Shown here: positions 40,382 to 53,465 of the stretch, piece after piece
Layout: every line of letters begins with the position of its first letter
Numbering within the stretch: the stretch's first letter is position 1
NCBI GenBank assembly: GCA_951406725.2
Contig: OX597834.1
Span: 28,148,001-28,212,000 of the forward strand
Direction: 5' to 3'
Origin: Octopus vulgaris
Lineage: Eukaryota
Length of the DNA: 64,000 nucleotides
Made by a program: the position numbers and the translations under genes
Notes under the pieces: model-generated
Told to the model about the DNA's origin: nothing
Databases searched by the model: none
Seen by the model: only the letters and a program-made list of their open reading frames with translations

Positions 40382-40927
40382 AGATTTTGTTGTTAAAATT
40401 TAACTCTAATAAATCGGTTATACTTTTACACTGTTGGCTGACATAGCTCTAACTTTATTATGGCTGCAAAAATAAAGAACAGACAGATTTTCCAAATCTT
40501 TTACTGTAGAAATCAGATGTATTCACTCAAAATTCCATTACCCTTAACTTCGGAAAGCAGTTTTATATTAAAGTCTTTTGTTGACGAATGTCATACATGA
40601 AATCAGATATATCCACTCAACATTTCATTGCTTTTAACTGTAGAAATCAGTTTTATTCCCCCGCCGACCTATCTTTTGTCGAAGAATGTCATGTTTCTAA
40701 CTATTTTTTGTTGCGATATGTCATGTTTATTGAGGAAACATGACTTGCAGAAAATATTAATTCTTTTTTCGAGGAGAGACAATTAACAACATTACTGGAG
40801 CAATCATGAAGTTCATAATTAAAGTATTAAAAAAAGGAAAGAATATAAAACCAACAGGATGCTCGTGGCTGTAATGGTTTTCATCACAGATCTTGTCAAT
40901 GTCGAGAGACCTGAGTTTAAACCAATG

Positions 40928-41130
40928 CTCTCTTTTACTTGTTTCAGTCATTTGACTGTGGCCATGCTGGAGCACCGCCTTTGGTCGACAACATCGACCC
41001 CAGGACTTATTCTTTGCAAGCCTAGTACTTATTCTATCGGTCTCTTCTGCCAAACCGCTAAGTAACGAGGACGTAAGTACACCACCATCAGTTGTCAAGC
41101 GATGTTGGGGGGACAAACACAAACACATAA

Positions 41131-41166
<36 letters not shown>

Positions 41167-41645
41167 GGAGGCGCAATGGCCCAGTGGTTAGGGCAGCAGA
41201 CTCACGGTCGCAGGATTGCAGTTTTGATTCCCAGACCGGGAGTTGTGTGTGTTTATTGAGCGAAAACACCTAAAAGCTCCACGAGGCTCCGGCAGGGGCT
41301 GGTGATCCCTGCTGTACTTTTTCACCATTCTTTCCTTCACTCTTTCTTCTGTTGGCCTGCTCACTTAGCCAGCGGGGTGGTGTCATTCGAAGGCTAAAAC
41401 AATGCGAACGCATTGTGACCAGCGGTGTGTAGCAACATCTGCTGGTCTGGTCGATCACGTGATCATGTGATATATATATATACAACGGGCTTCTTTCAGC
41501 TTCCGCCTACCAAATCCACTCACAAGGCTTTGGTTGGCCCAAGGCTATAGTACAAGACACTTGACCAAGGTGCCACGCAATGGGAATGAATCCGGAACCA
41601 TGTGGTTGGTTAGCAAGCTACTTACCACACAGCCACTCCTGCGCA
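40928..41645 (-). mobile_element. SINE-A interrupted by a SINE-C insertion
   Basis: SINE-A halves at about 40928-41150 and 41480-41645 flank the SINE-C inserted in the internal (TA)n. Confidence 0.85.
41167..41470 (+). mobile_element. SINE-C variant with a different 3' tail
   Basis: Same head and body as 21650-21952. Tail is CGAAGGCTAAAACAATGCG...GATCACGTGATCATGTGAT. Confidence 0.8.
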
Positions 41646-43450
41646 TATAGGGAAAAAAAATATTCAGGTTACACTGCAACACACCTAGCATCATCTCATG
41701 GCACACTCATGTGCCATGGGGCATACCGGTTGCGGTGCATTAGTTTAAGCAATGACAACAGTGGCCACCACCGCCAGTGGAGCTAGTGCTGTCATAGATG
41801 AATAGATGTGGTTAGACTAAATGAAATTTTGTACTGGTTGTTGGTTGTTGTTGTTGTTATTGTAGACATGTTCAAAGTGGAACAAGCTGTTGCAGCTACC
41901 ATTAGAATGAAATAGATCCAATGGCCATTAGAGTCAATGGAATTATATCTACCATTTGGTTGCATACACACACACACAGAAACACACACATACAAACACA
42001 CTTAAACATATACATGGACATGTACACACACAGACACACATGGATGGAGACACACACACACGTACACACGCACTAACACTTTTGCATGTTGAGAGTCCAC
42101 TCTGCAGCCTTGCCGTTGTCCCCTTTTATTTGAGAAAGAAGTAAACTAGCACTGCAGAGTATCACATGACTTAAGAGCCATCAACACAGTGCTATCTAGG
42201 CAGAAATCATTCTCACACACACACACACGCACACACACACACATGTACTACACAAATAAAAACACACACAGCTGCAAGCATACATAAAAAACACACACAC
42301 AGACACACATACAGATGAAACCATACATGCAAACACAACACGCGTATTTCTCATTCTCACCATAAACACCAGGTGACCATCTGCCTTAGTCTTTCCGATA
42401 TCTATAACACAAATCAGGCTGGGGGGAGAGAGGGAGAGGGAGAGAAAGAGAGAGCAAGAGAGAGAGAGAGAGACAGTAGGAGTTAAAAGTCAATAGATAA
42501 GGTTATTTATTCAGTCATTGCTCCTGCTGCTGTTACTGATATTGTCTGTTCAGGTCAGCCCTGGTCAAGCAGATTTATGATCAAAAGCATTCCAACCATG
42601 ACCATTTCAACTTAATTTTAATTTCTTTTTTCAGACATAGTGTATCAAAAAACTACATAATTCAATGTGTTGTTTTTGTTTTTATCACAAAGTAAGGTAT
42701 AATTTGAGGGAGATTTGGCTGTTATTTCAGGGAATGAGGGGAGGGGGGTCAAGCAATCGATCCCACAGAGCAGGGTTGGGGGGAAAACCCTTTGTACAGG
42801 GGTCAAATTCTGCCCTTTATACAAATTTGAAAATTCGCCACCAATGATATATCTTTAAAAACTCACATGACAAAAAGGAGAATAAAATCTAAAGTAATTT
42901 AAAATAAGATACAACACCGCCACCACGTCCACTTTCCTATGTCTACATGGATCAGTCAATTGGATTTTGCTGGGACAAGTTTTCCGAATATGAATGCTCT
43001 CCATCTTGCCAGCCCTCACCTGTTTCCAAGCAAGGTAATAAATTCCCCACCCCACCCCATGGCCAGACATGTTTTCTTGGAAGACTAGACACGAATGACA
43101 CCGCTTGTCTGGTGGTGATGTTTGTTTACAACTATCATGCAATGTCATGACATGGAGACTCTCTCTCTTTCACACACACACATTTTTTTACTTGTATTAG
43201 ACTGTGGCCATGCTGGAGTACCACCGAAAAGAATTTTTTCTCAAATGAATTGATCCCAGAACTTTTTTATTCTTAACCCTAGTACTTACTCTATTAGTCT
43301 GTTTTATCAAAGCACTAAGCTACAGGGACATAAACAAACCAACACCAGTTGTCAAGTAAGTGACACAGACACAAACACACACATATACAATGAGGTGGGG
43401 GGGTCCTTTCAGTTTCCGGATACCAAATTATCATCTTAAAAACAGCAATA

Positions 43451-43776
43451 AAGACCCCCTTCGGAATAACCATGGGATTGCACCTAGAAAGTTACCCTCC
43501 TAGACACAAGTCCGGGCAAGGTTGTTTTTATGGAAGACCAGCAGTCGCCCATGCATACCAGCCTCCCCTCTCCACGCCACCAGTGTTATCCAAGGGAAAG
43601 ACAAAGGTCGATACAGCTTGGCACCAGTGACGTCGCAACTCATTTCTACAGCTGAGTGAACTGGAGCAACGTGAAATAAAGTGCCTTGCTCAAGAACACA
43701 ACACCCAGCCCGGTCCGGGATTCGAGCTCACAACCTCACGATCGTAAGCTCGACGCTCTAACCACTGAGCCATGCG
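43451..43776 (-). mobile_element. SINE-D (tRNA-derived, CORE-like)
   Basis: Head GCATGGCTCAGTGGTTAGAGCG, B box GCTCGAATCCC, GTTCTTGAGCAAGGCACTT core-like motif. Confidence 0.8.
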
Positions 43777-43944
43777 ATAATAATTCCATTATCAATATAA
43801 CTTTAAAAGTTTCTGAAATAGAATTGTGACGAGAGGGTTTTCAATTTAAACATGAAATAAATTTAAATTAAAACAGGCGAGTTTTGTAACTCAAGACACC
43901 AGAAGCAGACACCTTGCGGGTAATTTGGTACTGAAACAGTTTAA

Positions 43945-44165
43945 CCCTTTAGTGTTCGCATTATTCTGCCACAATTAATGCTTTTTCATACACATTGTTT
44001 TGAATTAATCATGCATTATCTTGTAGCTATGAGATTTTGATGAGGTAGCTGTTAATTTTTAAGATGATATTGTAGGGTTGGCGTGAGAGACCAGATCTGG
44101 CCAGTTTGCACATAAAACAGGCAGAATACTTTTGGCCAGATATGGCCGGTTTAAATGCTAAAGGG
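43945..44165. mobile_element. piggyBac-type MITE
   Basis: TTAA TSDs and CCCTTTAG TIRs. Very similar to 5335-5557. Confidence 0.85.
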
Positions 44166-44351
44166 TTAAAGGAAGCAGAGAGCCTAGCTTGAGGTTGCGG
44201 GGAGGGTAGATGGATGGATAGATGGGTGGGTGGTGGATGGATGGATGAATGGAAAGAGAGGGTGAGAGGAAAGAAGGGAGGGAGGGAGAAAGAAAGAATG
44301 AATAAATGAATGAATAGGGGAAGACAAAGATTTGCAAAGCCTGAGCCAGGT

Positions 44352-44624
44352 GACCTTGGCTGGCTTCCATGCCGGTGGCACGTTAAAAGCTTCAACCGAT
44401 CGTGGCTGATGCCGGACCCCCCTGGCACCTGTGCAGGTGGCACGTAAAAAGCACCCACTACACTCGCGGAGTGGTTGGCGTTAGGAAGGGCATCCAGCTG
44501 TAGAAACTCTGCCAGATCAGACTGGAGCCTGGTGCAGTCCCTGGTTTCCCAGACCCCGGTCGAACCGTCCAACCCGTGCTAGCGCGGAAAACGGACGTTA
44601 AACGATGATGATGATGATGATGAT
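44352..44624 (+). mobile_element. RTE LINE 3'-UTR fragment
   Basis: Same family as 57601-57981, with a (GAT)n tail. Confidence 0.8.
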
Positions 44625-45814
44625 ACCAGAAACAAAAAGTCTCACAGGCGACGCTGTCCTAAAAAAAGAAAAAAAAAGAAAAAAAAAGGGCTACAGAAAT
44701 CAGGGAAGCTAGTTGTGATTTTGAAGATGAAAGAGAAAAAGAGAGAGTTTTGTAGGGAGAAGAGAAGGATTTGCATACCATGAGCCAGTGGGTCAGTCAG
44801 GTAAAGGGATACAGGTACGTGATGCAGATACATACAGGTAGGTAGATGGTGAAATGATTAGGGTAACTGATGCATCAAGTTTGGAGACTGTGCAATTAAG
44901 AAACTCACTTTCTAGCCATGTGATTCCAGGTTCAATTCTACTGCACACCACCTTGAGCAAGTATCTTCTACTATGGTTTCGGGCCAACCAAAGCCTCGCA
45001 AACGGATTTGGTCAATGAAAACTAGTGTAGAAGGCCATTGTGTGTGTACATGTATTTGTGTTTGTGCACCCTCACCACTGCTTGAGAACCAGCGTTGGTT
45101 TGTTTGCATCCCAGTAACTTAGTGGTTCAGCATAAAGCAACGATAAAATAAGTACCGGACTTGAAAAATAAATAAGCACTGGGGTCGATCATCATCATCA
45201 TCGTTTAACGTCTGCTTTCGATGCTAGCATGGGTTGGACGGTTCAACTGGGGTCTGGGAAGCCAGGAGGCTGCACCAGGCCCAGTCTGATCTATTCGACA
45301 AAACCCTTCAGGCTGGTGCTCCAGCATGGCCACAGTCCGACCAATGAAACAAACAAAAGATTAGTTCCAGCCATGTCGCTATAAACTCGAATGAGAGTGA
45401 GAGAGAGGGGGGAGGGGAAAGAGAAGGTGAAAGAACGTGTCTGTGTTGATGTTGTTGTGGTTGTTGTTGTTGTTGTATTTACAGCTGTGGCAGACAGCTT
45501 TCCAGCTGGAATCGAGGTCAGAGGTGAGCTACTATCGAACTACCTAAGAAGAGTGAGACTGGAACAAGGCAACTGGTGGATACAGAAGTTTGCAGAGTTT
45601 CACAGAAAAACAAGCAGAGATGTTCTAAGAGGAGGAGGAAAGTTTCAGCCAGAGTATCCTGGAAATCATTTACTGCTACAACAGTTGGAGCTGAGAGAGA
45701 GGGAGAGGGGGGACAGGGAGAGCAAGGAATGGTGAGGAGAGTAAAATTGTTATGTAAGTGCCGAGCTTGGAATGTATGTTGCCAATGGTCGAACACCTAG
45801 ATATGTACAGTCTA

Positions 45815-45858
<44 letters not shown>

Positions 45859-46151
45859 GGATGGATGTGTATTTACATGCATGCATGTATGTATATATAT
45901 ATATCATTCACTGTTTAACACATGAACACATATATATATAGTACAGGGTACATATATATTATGTATGTGTCCAGGCACATAGGTATGTGTATAAATATAT
46001 ATATATCATCATCATCATCATCATTTAACGTCTGCCATACATATATATATATATATTGAATTTACAGGCAGGAATGATGTGTTTAAATACACATATCTAT
46101 GTATATATAATTTATTTACATATGTATTGAAGAATGAGGTGCTTATATGCA

Positions 46152-46207
<56 letters not shown>

Positions 46208-46487
46208 ATATGTATATATATCATTTATCAATATATGTTATGAAAAATGAGTTGTTTATATACACTTAAATATGTATATATAATCTACTTAAACAATGAA
46301 GAATAAATATATATGTATGTATGTATGTATAATCTGCTTGTATATGTAATGAAGAACGAGAGGTTTATATAAACATATGTATATAATTTACCTACCTATG
46401 TAATGAAGAAAGGTATTATATACACCTATGGGCATCTTGATGGTAACGTGTATATGCACTCAAAGGTATATATGTAACAAGACGTAC

Positions 46488-46531
<44 letters not shown>

Positions 46532-46616
46532 CATCACTTATGTAAACATGTGCATACACATCAGTAGCAACAGGCGCCCAAACATCAATGTGGAATTGCA
46601 TGTGTATATATACATA

Positions 46617-46653
<37 letters not shown>

Positions 46654-46918
46654 GCTTCTTTGTATGCTTATCAATGCACTGTTACATGAATATATATGTG
46701 CATTTTCGAATGCTTTTACAAATACATGCACGTGTCTGTTTAGAAGTTATAAATTCTAAAATGTATGTAGATGCATGTGTATATGTACATGCAAGCAGGT
46801 ATACATGAATACACACATATGCATGCGCACACACACAAGTATGCATAAACACACATATAATCACATATAAACATATACATACATACACAAACATATAGGC
46901 AGGTAAATGCATGTATGA

Positions 46919-46963
<45 letters not shown>

Positions 46964-49042
46964 CATGTATGTATAATCTTCTTGTATATGTAATTAAGAA
47001 TGAGAGGTTTATATAAACATATATATGTATATAATTTACCTACCTATGTAATGAAGACAGGTATTATATATACCTATATGCAGCACTAAAAATGTATGCA
47101 CAAGCACACGTGTTCTATGTGTGTATATGTTTGTATATGCCTGTGTATACATATCTTTGTGTATACACAGTCGAAGAAATGAGCATGCTGTTACTTAAGT
47201 ATCTGTGCATGGACAAGTCATCCTGTTTCTGCACATATAAACAAGCATCCTTTTAAAATGCAGATATAAACAAAGCGATGACAAATATTTACATGTGTGT
47301 AAAATGCACATCATTACATATTGCACCTGCTGCACCACTTTTCACCTATAGACCCCTTTGATTATTAAATTTATTCTGGTGGACCCACACCCACCAAACA
47401 CACACACACATATATACAGCCATTTGATGTTTAAAAAACTAGTTTTACAGAAACTTTTTTTCAAAATTCCTATTTTCTTATTTGCCCTTTAACTTGTGAA
47501 AGTCAAACTATGCAAAATTTTAGAGAAAGAAACCTAACTATTTCATGCAATACATACATCTAAAGCAAACATTTTTCAGGGGCCCTTAAAATACTATTCT
47601 GGATCCCCAACTTTTTATTTTGTTACATGGACCCCCAAAATCTTATATGGACCCTAGTTGAGAACCACTGCCTAGCATGCATGGCTAAGTTAACAGCCCA
47701 AGTCTTCCGTGGTTGCAGTTAAGACTAAGCTGTATAACCACAGGAACTTGAGCCAATACATGGTAACACAATCTGTCAGAAACAGCAGCTAAATTTCCCT
47801 TAACATTCCTGTAGAAATGCACTGCTTTTCTTTAAATAATTTTTTTAAATAATGAAGAATTTAGAAAAAATAATTTTGCTATCATTTATCTAGTGGTTGG
47901 AACACAAACAAACATGAAATTTTAAGGGAAGTTTTAAATTACATTGTTTTAAAACAAGAAGCTTATATTGAAGAACCAGGTTCAATCTCAGATTAGGTTG
48001 GTGTGAAAAGGGTTAACTCATATCTTCTTATTATGTTGTATTAATGCTCAGCAGCACAATGGTTCTTCAGACTCACAGACATGAATATCAATCCAATATC
48101 AATCAAATCATCCATTCAGCCATGCCTGCTACATGTGCTCATGAGGAAGCTTACACATGGTTGCTTAATAATCTTCATAAGAAGCTAAATCTTCTTCAAA
48201 TCCCACCATGAAATGGGGTGGGGAAAATAATCAAGTCAAATAATGTAACTCAAGATATTCGTTGTATTTGGGTTAATAAACAGGCAGGTCATGTTTGGAG
48301 TGTCTTTGATCATGAGTCTGATCTAGGCCTAAACAATAATGACAACAGTAACTACAACAAACATTCTCTACATTAAAAAAAAACAACAGTAAAGTGAGAA
48401 ATAAAATATAAACAACACAGGCATAGGAGTGGCTGTGTGGTAAGTAGCTTCCTTACCAACCACATGGTTCCGGGTTCAGTCCCACTGCATGGCACCTTGG
48501 GCAAGTGTGTATGTTTGCGTTTATCCCCGCCAACATTGCTTGACAACCGAAAGAAACAAAATCCAAATCAGGGGGAGATGCCACCCAGGAGCAACCAAGG
48601 AACCCCACAAATCCTAAACCACCCTACTCATTGAGAATTTCATGACAAGTGTGACACTCTCCTCCATACACCCCAACCTACAAGCACCAGCTTAGAGTAG
48701 GCCCACTTCATCGCATTCACCCACCTGTCAACAAATTTACTAGGGAGGAGGCTGCAGATCCTACTCAACTTTCACCTTCTTTTCAAGTGGAATTTTTAAA
48801 AATTGATGAAGCCCTAGGGATGAGGCCTGTAGCTTTGTTTGAGGAGTGTTAGCTGGTTCCATCACCACCCAGCACTTGTCTGGTACTTTTATTTTATCAA
48901 CAAGTCCCCTCACTCTAAACACGATGTAAGGGCAAAGTTTACCTTGGTGGAATTTTAATGTAGAGCATAAAAAGCCAGAAATGCCATGGACATGACAATG
49001 GTGATGATGAAATAAATAAATTTGAAATGACAAACTACTTAC

Positions 49043-49130
49043 CATAAGGAAAGAAACTGGATACCAGCCAAGCCCTTAAAGATTTGAAACCAAGAACTAG
49101 AAGGTGCCAACATCCACAGGCACCAGCCAT
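49043..49130 (-). CDS. Candidate alternative first coding exon of the CTDSP gene
   Basis: ATG in AAGAATGG context. Reads MAGACGCWHLLVLGFKSLRAWLVSSFFPY+G, then a consensus donor G|GTAAGT (GT at 49042-49041). Phase 1 matches the acceptor at 20443 (G+AC = Asp). Unique sequence, with no upstream ATG seen for about 490 nt. Confidence 0.55.
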
Positions 49131-49686
49131 TCTTGCAGGAGGTGGGGGAGATGGAGAAAGAGGAGAAGACAAGGCTCAACAGTCAGAATTGGAAGAGAGA
49201 AAAAACGACAGAGATAACGAAAGAATACTCCTTCAAATGATCCAAAGTCGGAGTCGTTTAATAACGTGAATGAAATTGGAGAGAGAGGGAGAGGAAGGGA
49301 AAGAGAGGGAGAGAGAAAGATAAAAAGAGAGTAGATTGAAGAAGAGGAGGGAAAGAGGAAAAGAGGGGAGGAGAGGCCGGGGGGGGGGGGCAGGAATATA
49401 TATTGCAGCAGATGTGACGGCTCTATTGTGATGACAAATAACAACAACCAATGTCTTTCAAGAGAAGAATAAGAAAGTGGCGTGAGATTTTGAAGGAAAG
49501 AATGAAAAAGAGAAAGCAAGAATGAGAAAAAGAGAGAGAGAGAGAAAGAGAGAAAGAAAGAGAAAAAGAAGGAAAGAAGTCTCTCCGGGTGGGAAATATT
49601 TAAGTCTTCAACAAGGGAGAGAGAATCATCATCATCACCACCAACAGCAGCAGCAGCAGGAGTAACGACAGTGATAGTAATAGTAT

Positions 49687-49736
<50 letters not shown>

Positions 49737-49760
49737 ATGCAATGCCACGTCACTGAAGAC
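49131..49760 (-). promoter_or_regulatory. Putative promoter/5' UTR of the candidate first exon
   Basis: Unique CT/GA-rich tract, TATA-like ATATATATT near 49395-49403, and TGACGTGG (CRE/UPRE-like) at 49752-49745 on the minus strand. Motif evidence only. Confidence 0.3.
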
Positions 49761-50513
49761 TGGGTCTTTGGATAGATAGGTTCACTTGTGCCAACTAACT
49801 ACAGTGCTGGTACAAAAGTGCATTCAGTCCCATCACCACTACCATTACCACCACCACCACCATTACTGCCATCACTACTACTATAACCATCACCATCTCA
49901 CCACCACTACCATAATCATCATCACCATCTTCTACTCTGTCCAGGTCATACAAAAAACAATTAGTCTGAATATTTCTAATTAACTGATTTTAAGATATTC
50001 TGCAGCAACATCGCCTAAATAAACACATGTGTGTGTGGTGGGGACGTGTATGTGTGTGTGTGTGGCAGAGACATATGTGTGTGTGTCTGTGTGTGTGTGT
50101 GCATGTGTGTGTCTGTATGTATATATGTATTTTTGTATGTATGCATGCATATATGAGTGCGTGTAATGTTTAATACATATAGAGCTGTTATGTACGTGTC
50201 TGTATTATGGTCAAAATGTGAAGCAGGTAGCAATACAAGAAATATCAAATGACTTCAGGTGACCAGGTGAGAAACAAGGTAGAATAAGCAACCAACCAAC
50301 CAACCAGCCAGCCAGCCAGCCAACCACTCTTTTCTATAATGGTGAGTAAAAAGCCTTGAGATAAGTGATAAGACACAAATGCATTAATGCAACAGGCTGA
50401 TGTGAGTACATATATATATGTATATATAGGTAGGTAAGGTAGGTAGGTAGATTTATTGGAAATCACATCATACAGTAATCTGTGGATTTTTGGCATACTA
50501 CAAGGTGACTAAT

Positions 50514-50548
<35 letters not shown>

Positions 50549-50631
50549 GGTAATAATTCAGCTTTGCATGAAAAATGCATACACATTGTACAACAATTGC
50601 CTTAAGAGGGAATTCGGTAGACAGAAACTGG

Positions 50632-51220
50632 ATGGTTCTGGGTTCAGTCCCACTGCATGGCACCTTGGTCAAGTGTCTTCTACTATAGCCTCGGGCCGAC
50701 CAAAGCCTTGTGAGTGGATTTGGTAGATGGAAACTGAAAGAAGCCCGTCGTATATATGTATATATATATGTATGTGTATCTGTGTTTGTACCCCCAACAT
50801 CGTTTGACAACTGATGCTGGTGTGTTTACGTCCCTGTAACATGGTTCTGGGTTCAGTCCCACTGCGTGACACCTTGGGCAAGTGTCTTCTACTATAGCCT
50901 CGGGCCGACCAAAGCCTTATGAATGGATTTGGTAGATGGAAACTGAAAGAAGCCCGTCATACATATGTATATATATATATGTATGTGTGTATATGTTTGT
51001 GTGTATATGTTTGTGTGTCTGTGTTTGTCCCCCCAACATCGTTTGACAACTGATGCTGGTGTGTTTACGTCCCCGTAACTTAGCGGTTCGGCAAAAGACA
51101 CAGATAGAATAAGTACTAGGCTTACAAAGAATAAGTCCTGGGGTTGATTTGCTCGACTAAAGGCGGTGCTGCAGCATGGCCGCAGTCAAATGACTGAAGC
51201 AAGTAAAAGAGTAAAAGAGT
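50632..51220 (+). mobile_element. SINE-A with internal tandem duplication
   Basis: ATGGTTCTGGGTTCAGTCCC...GTAAC occurs twice (about 50632-50840 and 50841-51079), followed by the family tail. Confidence 0.85.
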
Positions 51221-51422
51221 TGCTGTCATGGTTCGGAACAATGCACATTTGTGCTATTTGGCTGCTATTTCTAGCAAATCAAGCGACCAAATAGATGCCC
51301 TGTATGTTTATAATGTTGTGTGTGTGTGTGTGTGTGAGGGGGGTATGTTTTCTGTTGAAATGTCTATCAAAAATCATGAATGAAAGGGTTTTTTTTTTTT
51401 CAATACTCCATCCGAGCGAGAG

Positions 51423-51455
<33 letters not shown>

Positions 51456-51934
51456 GAGACAGACAAACAGAGAGAGACAGACAGACAGACAGAGAGAGAG
51501 ATAGACAGACAGAGAGAGAGTATGTGTATTTGTGTGTAATTACATCAAATAATACCTGAAAAACACATTCATAAAAATAAATTAGTTTTAAACATTCACT
51601 AGAATCAGTTACTGTTGCATAGCTAATTGGTGTGTTAATTAGCAGAAGGTGCCTTTTGTACTGAGACCCTAATAAACAACAGCTAGACTATCGCATCAGC
51701 GAAGAAGAGCACCTGGCCAAGCATCGATTTACCGACCTAGCATCGCCACGGTGACACACAACCATGCAGCTACTCAGCTACTATGGCACTGGCAAGTGCA
51801 AGAGACATGGTGCTGGCCAGCCAGCTGGATGGTTGGCAACATGGTTTGCAGGCCGGTCGGTCGGTCGGTCGGTTGTCTTGTCAATGTTTGGAGAGAAAGA
51901 GAGGTTGGGCAGATGTGGCCATCAAATCAGAAGG

Positions 51935-52275
51935 TGGCAGTGGTGGTGGTGGTGGTTTTGATGCTGGTAGGGGGGGGTTCCTGATGGTAATGGTGGAGGT
52001 GATGCTGCTGGATAGTAGTAGTAGTAGTAGTTGTGGTGGTGGTGGTTGTGGTGAAGGTGGTGGTGGCGGTGAAGGTGGTGGTGGTGATGAAGGTGGTGGT
52101 GGTGGTGAAGGTGGTGGTGGTGAAGGTGGTGGTGGTGGTGGTGGTTGTGGTGGTGATGAAGGTGGTGGTGGTGATGAAGGTGGTGGTGGTGGTGGTGGTG
52201 GTGGTGGTGGTGAAGGTGGTGGTGGTGGTGGTGGTGGTGGTGGGTAAGGTGGTGGTGAAGGTGGTGGTGGTGATG
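51935..52275. repeat. (GGT)n trinucleotide repeat
   Basis: Directly visible. Source of the poly-G/V/T pseudo-ORFs. Confidence 0.95.
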
Positions 52276-52793
52276 CTATTTAACCAGATGTCACTCCTGA
52301 ACAAACAGATCTATGATCAAAGCCATTTCTGTTATGTCTATGGCATTTTGGATTCTATCATAGTGCACGTGTGTCCATGTGTCTGTGTATGTGTGTGTGT
52401 GCTTCTTCCCCCACCACCTCCAGACATAGTAGATCTAAATCTTCCTTTTCTCTTTTTGCTCCTTATATCAAAGACAGAAGGATACAAAATGATTTGAGGA
52501 AGTATTGGTTGCCCTTTATAGCAGATCAGGCAGATCCCTTTTATTTCATTTTTAAAAACTAGAGTGTGGTTTCAGCAAGATTTGGCTGCTATTTCTAGTG
52601 GAGTCAAGTGTCATGCAATGCTATATCTGACTGCGATTTTGGTATTTAGTCACAGATCAGCCTTGACTGAGGAATCTTGCAATCGAAGGCAGTGATCTAA
52701 GACACAGATAAATATCTGAGCCCCACCCCCATACCACAAAAATGTTTTGCCACACCACACACTCTTTAATAATTCTTTCTAAATTAAGCGCAA

Positions 52794-53159
52794 AGAACTG
52801 CACGCGCACATGCATCATCCTGCAGCCTCCCACCTCATACCTATCCTTTGCATGCGCTAGTACAGATATGTCCTCTGTCTCCCGCTAGATCATTCTACCA
52901 GGGCTTTGCTCTCCTTTGATGCAGCAGCAGCAGTGGGCTGGAAGAGGCCTTGTGGCAGGCCCTACACCAGATGGCTGGATGTGATTTGGGAAAGATCCCC
53001 AGAAAATGACTCAAAGTCACCTTGGAGGATGCAGAGGGGCTTGCAGCGGGATGCCAGTGATGGAGAGCACTGATGGACCTGGTCGCTCTACGCATGATGC
53101 CACCTCTGGGACCACTAACTCGGAATGACCCCAGCCACAAGAGCATGAAGCCAAGCCAC
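52794..53159 (+). mobile_element. RTE-like LINE 3' fragment with an 11-bp TSD
   Basis: Degenerate RALLSFDAAAA/GWKRPCGRPYTRWLDVI/LEDAEGLA/WRALMDLV. Flanked by ATTAAGCGCAA at 52783-52793 and 53160-53170. Confidence 0.7.
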
Positions 53160-53209
53160 ATTAAGCGCAAGGCCAATAATTTTGAGGTGGGGGTGATTTA
53201 GGTCTACAG

Positions 53210-53465
53210 CAGTGCTTCTCAACCATTTTTCCCTATGGATACCCCAGACCTCTGTATTACTTGGGAGGACCCCCATAGCCATTTGATGCTTAAAAATATC
53301 CTATTATATTTTTATAATTAAATATTATTAGGAATGGTATTACAAAAATTCTTTAAATATTTTGCATATTATAAAAATAAAACCAATTTATTGTATGTAA
53401 ATTTTAACAATAAACACCTATATGGGCCCCCCAAGGGTCATAGGAACCCCAGTTCAAAACCACTG
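53210..53465. mobile_element. hAT-like MITE
   Basis: CAGTGCTTCTCAAC...GTTCAAAACCACTG termini. A related copy ends at about 47670. Confidence 0.55.

Noticed and set aside
45290-45374. Minus-strand ATGGCTGG start resembling the one at 49130
   Set aside because: It runs directly into an antisense SINE tail and stops, with no donor. TTCCAGCCATG also occurs in a dispersed repeat.
51783-52497. Gly-, Val- or Thr-rich ORFs
   Set aside because: Translations of (GGT)n with no splice or homology support.
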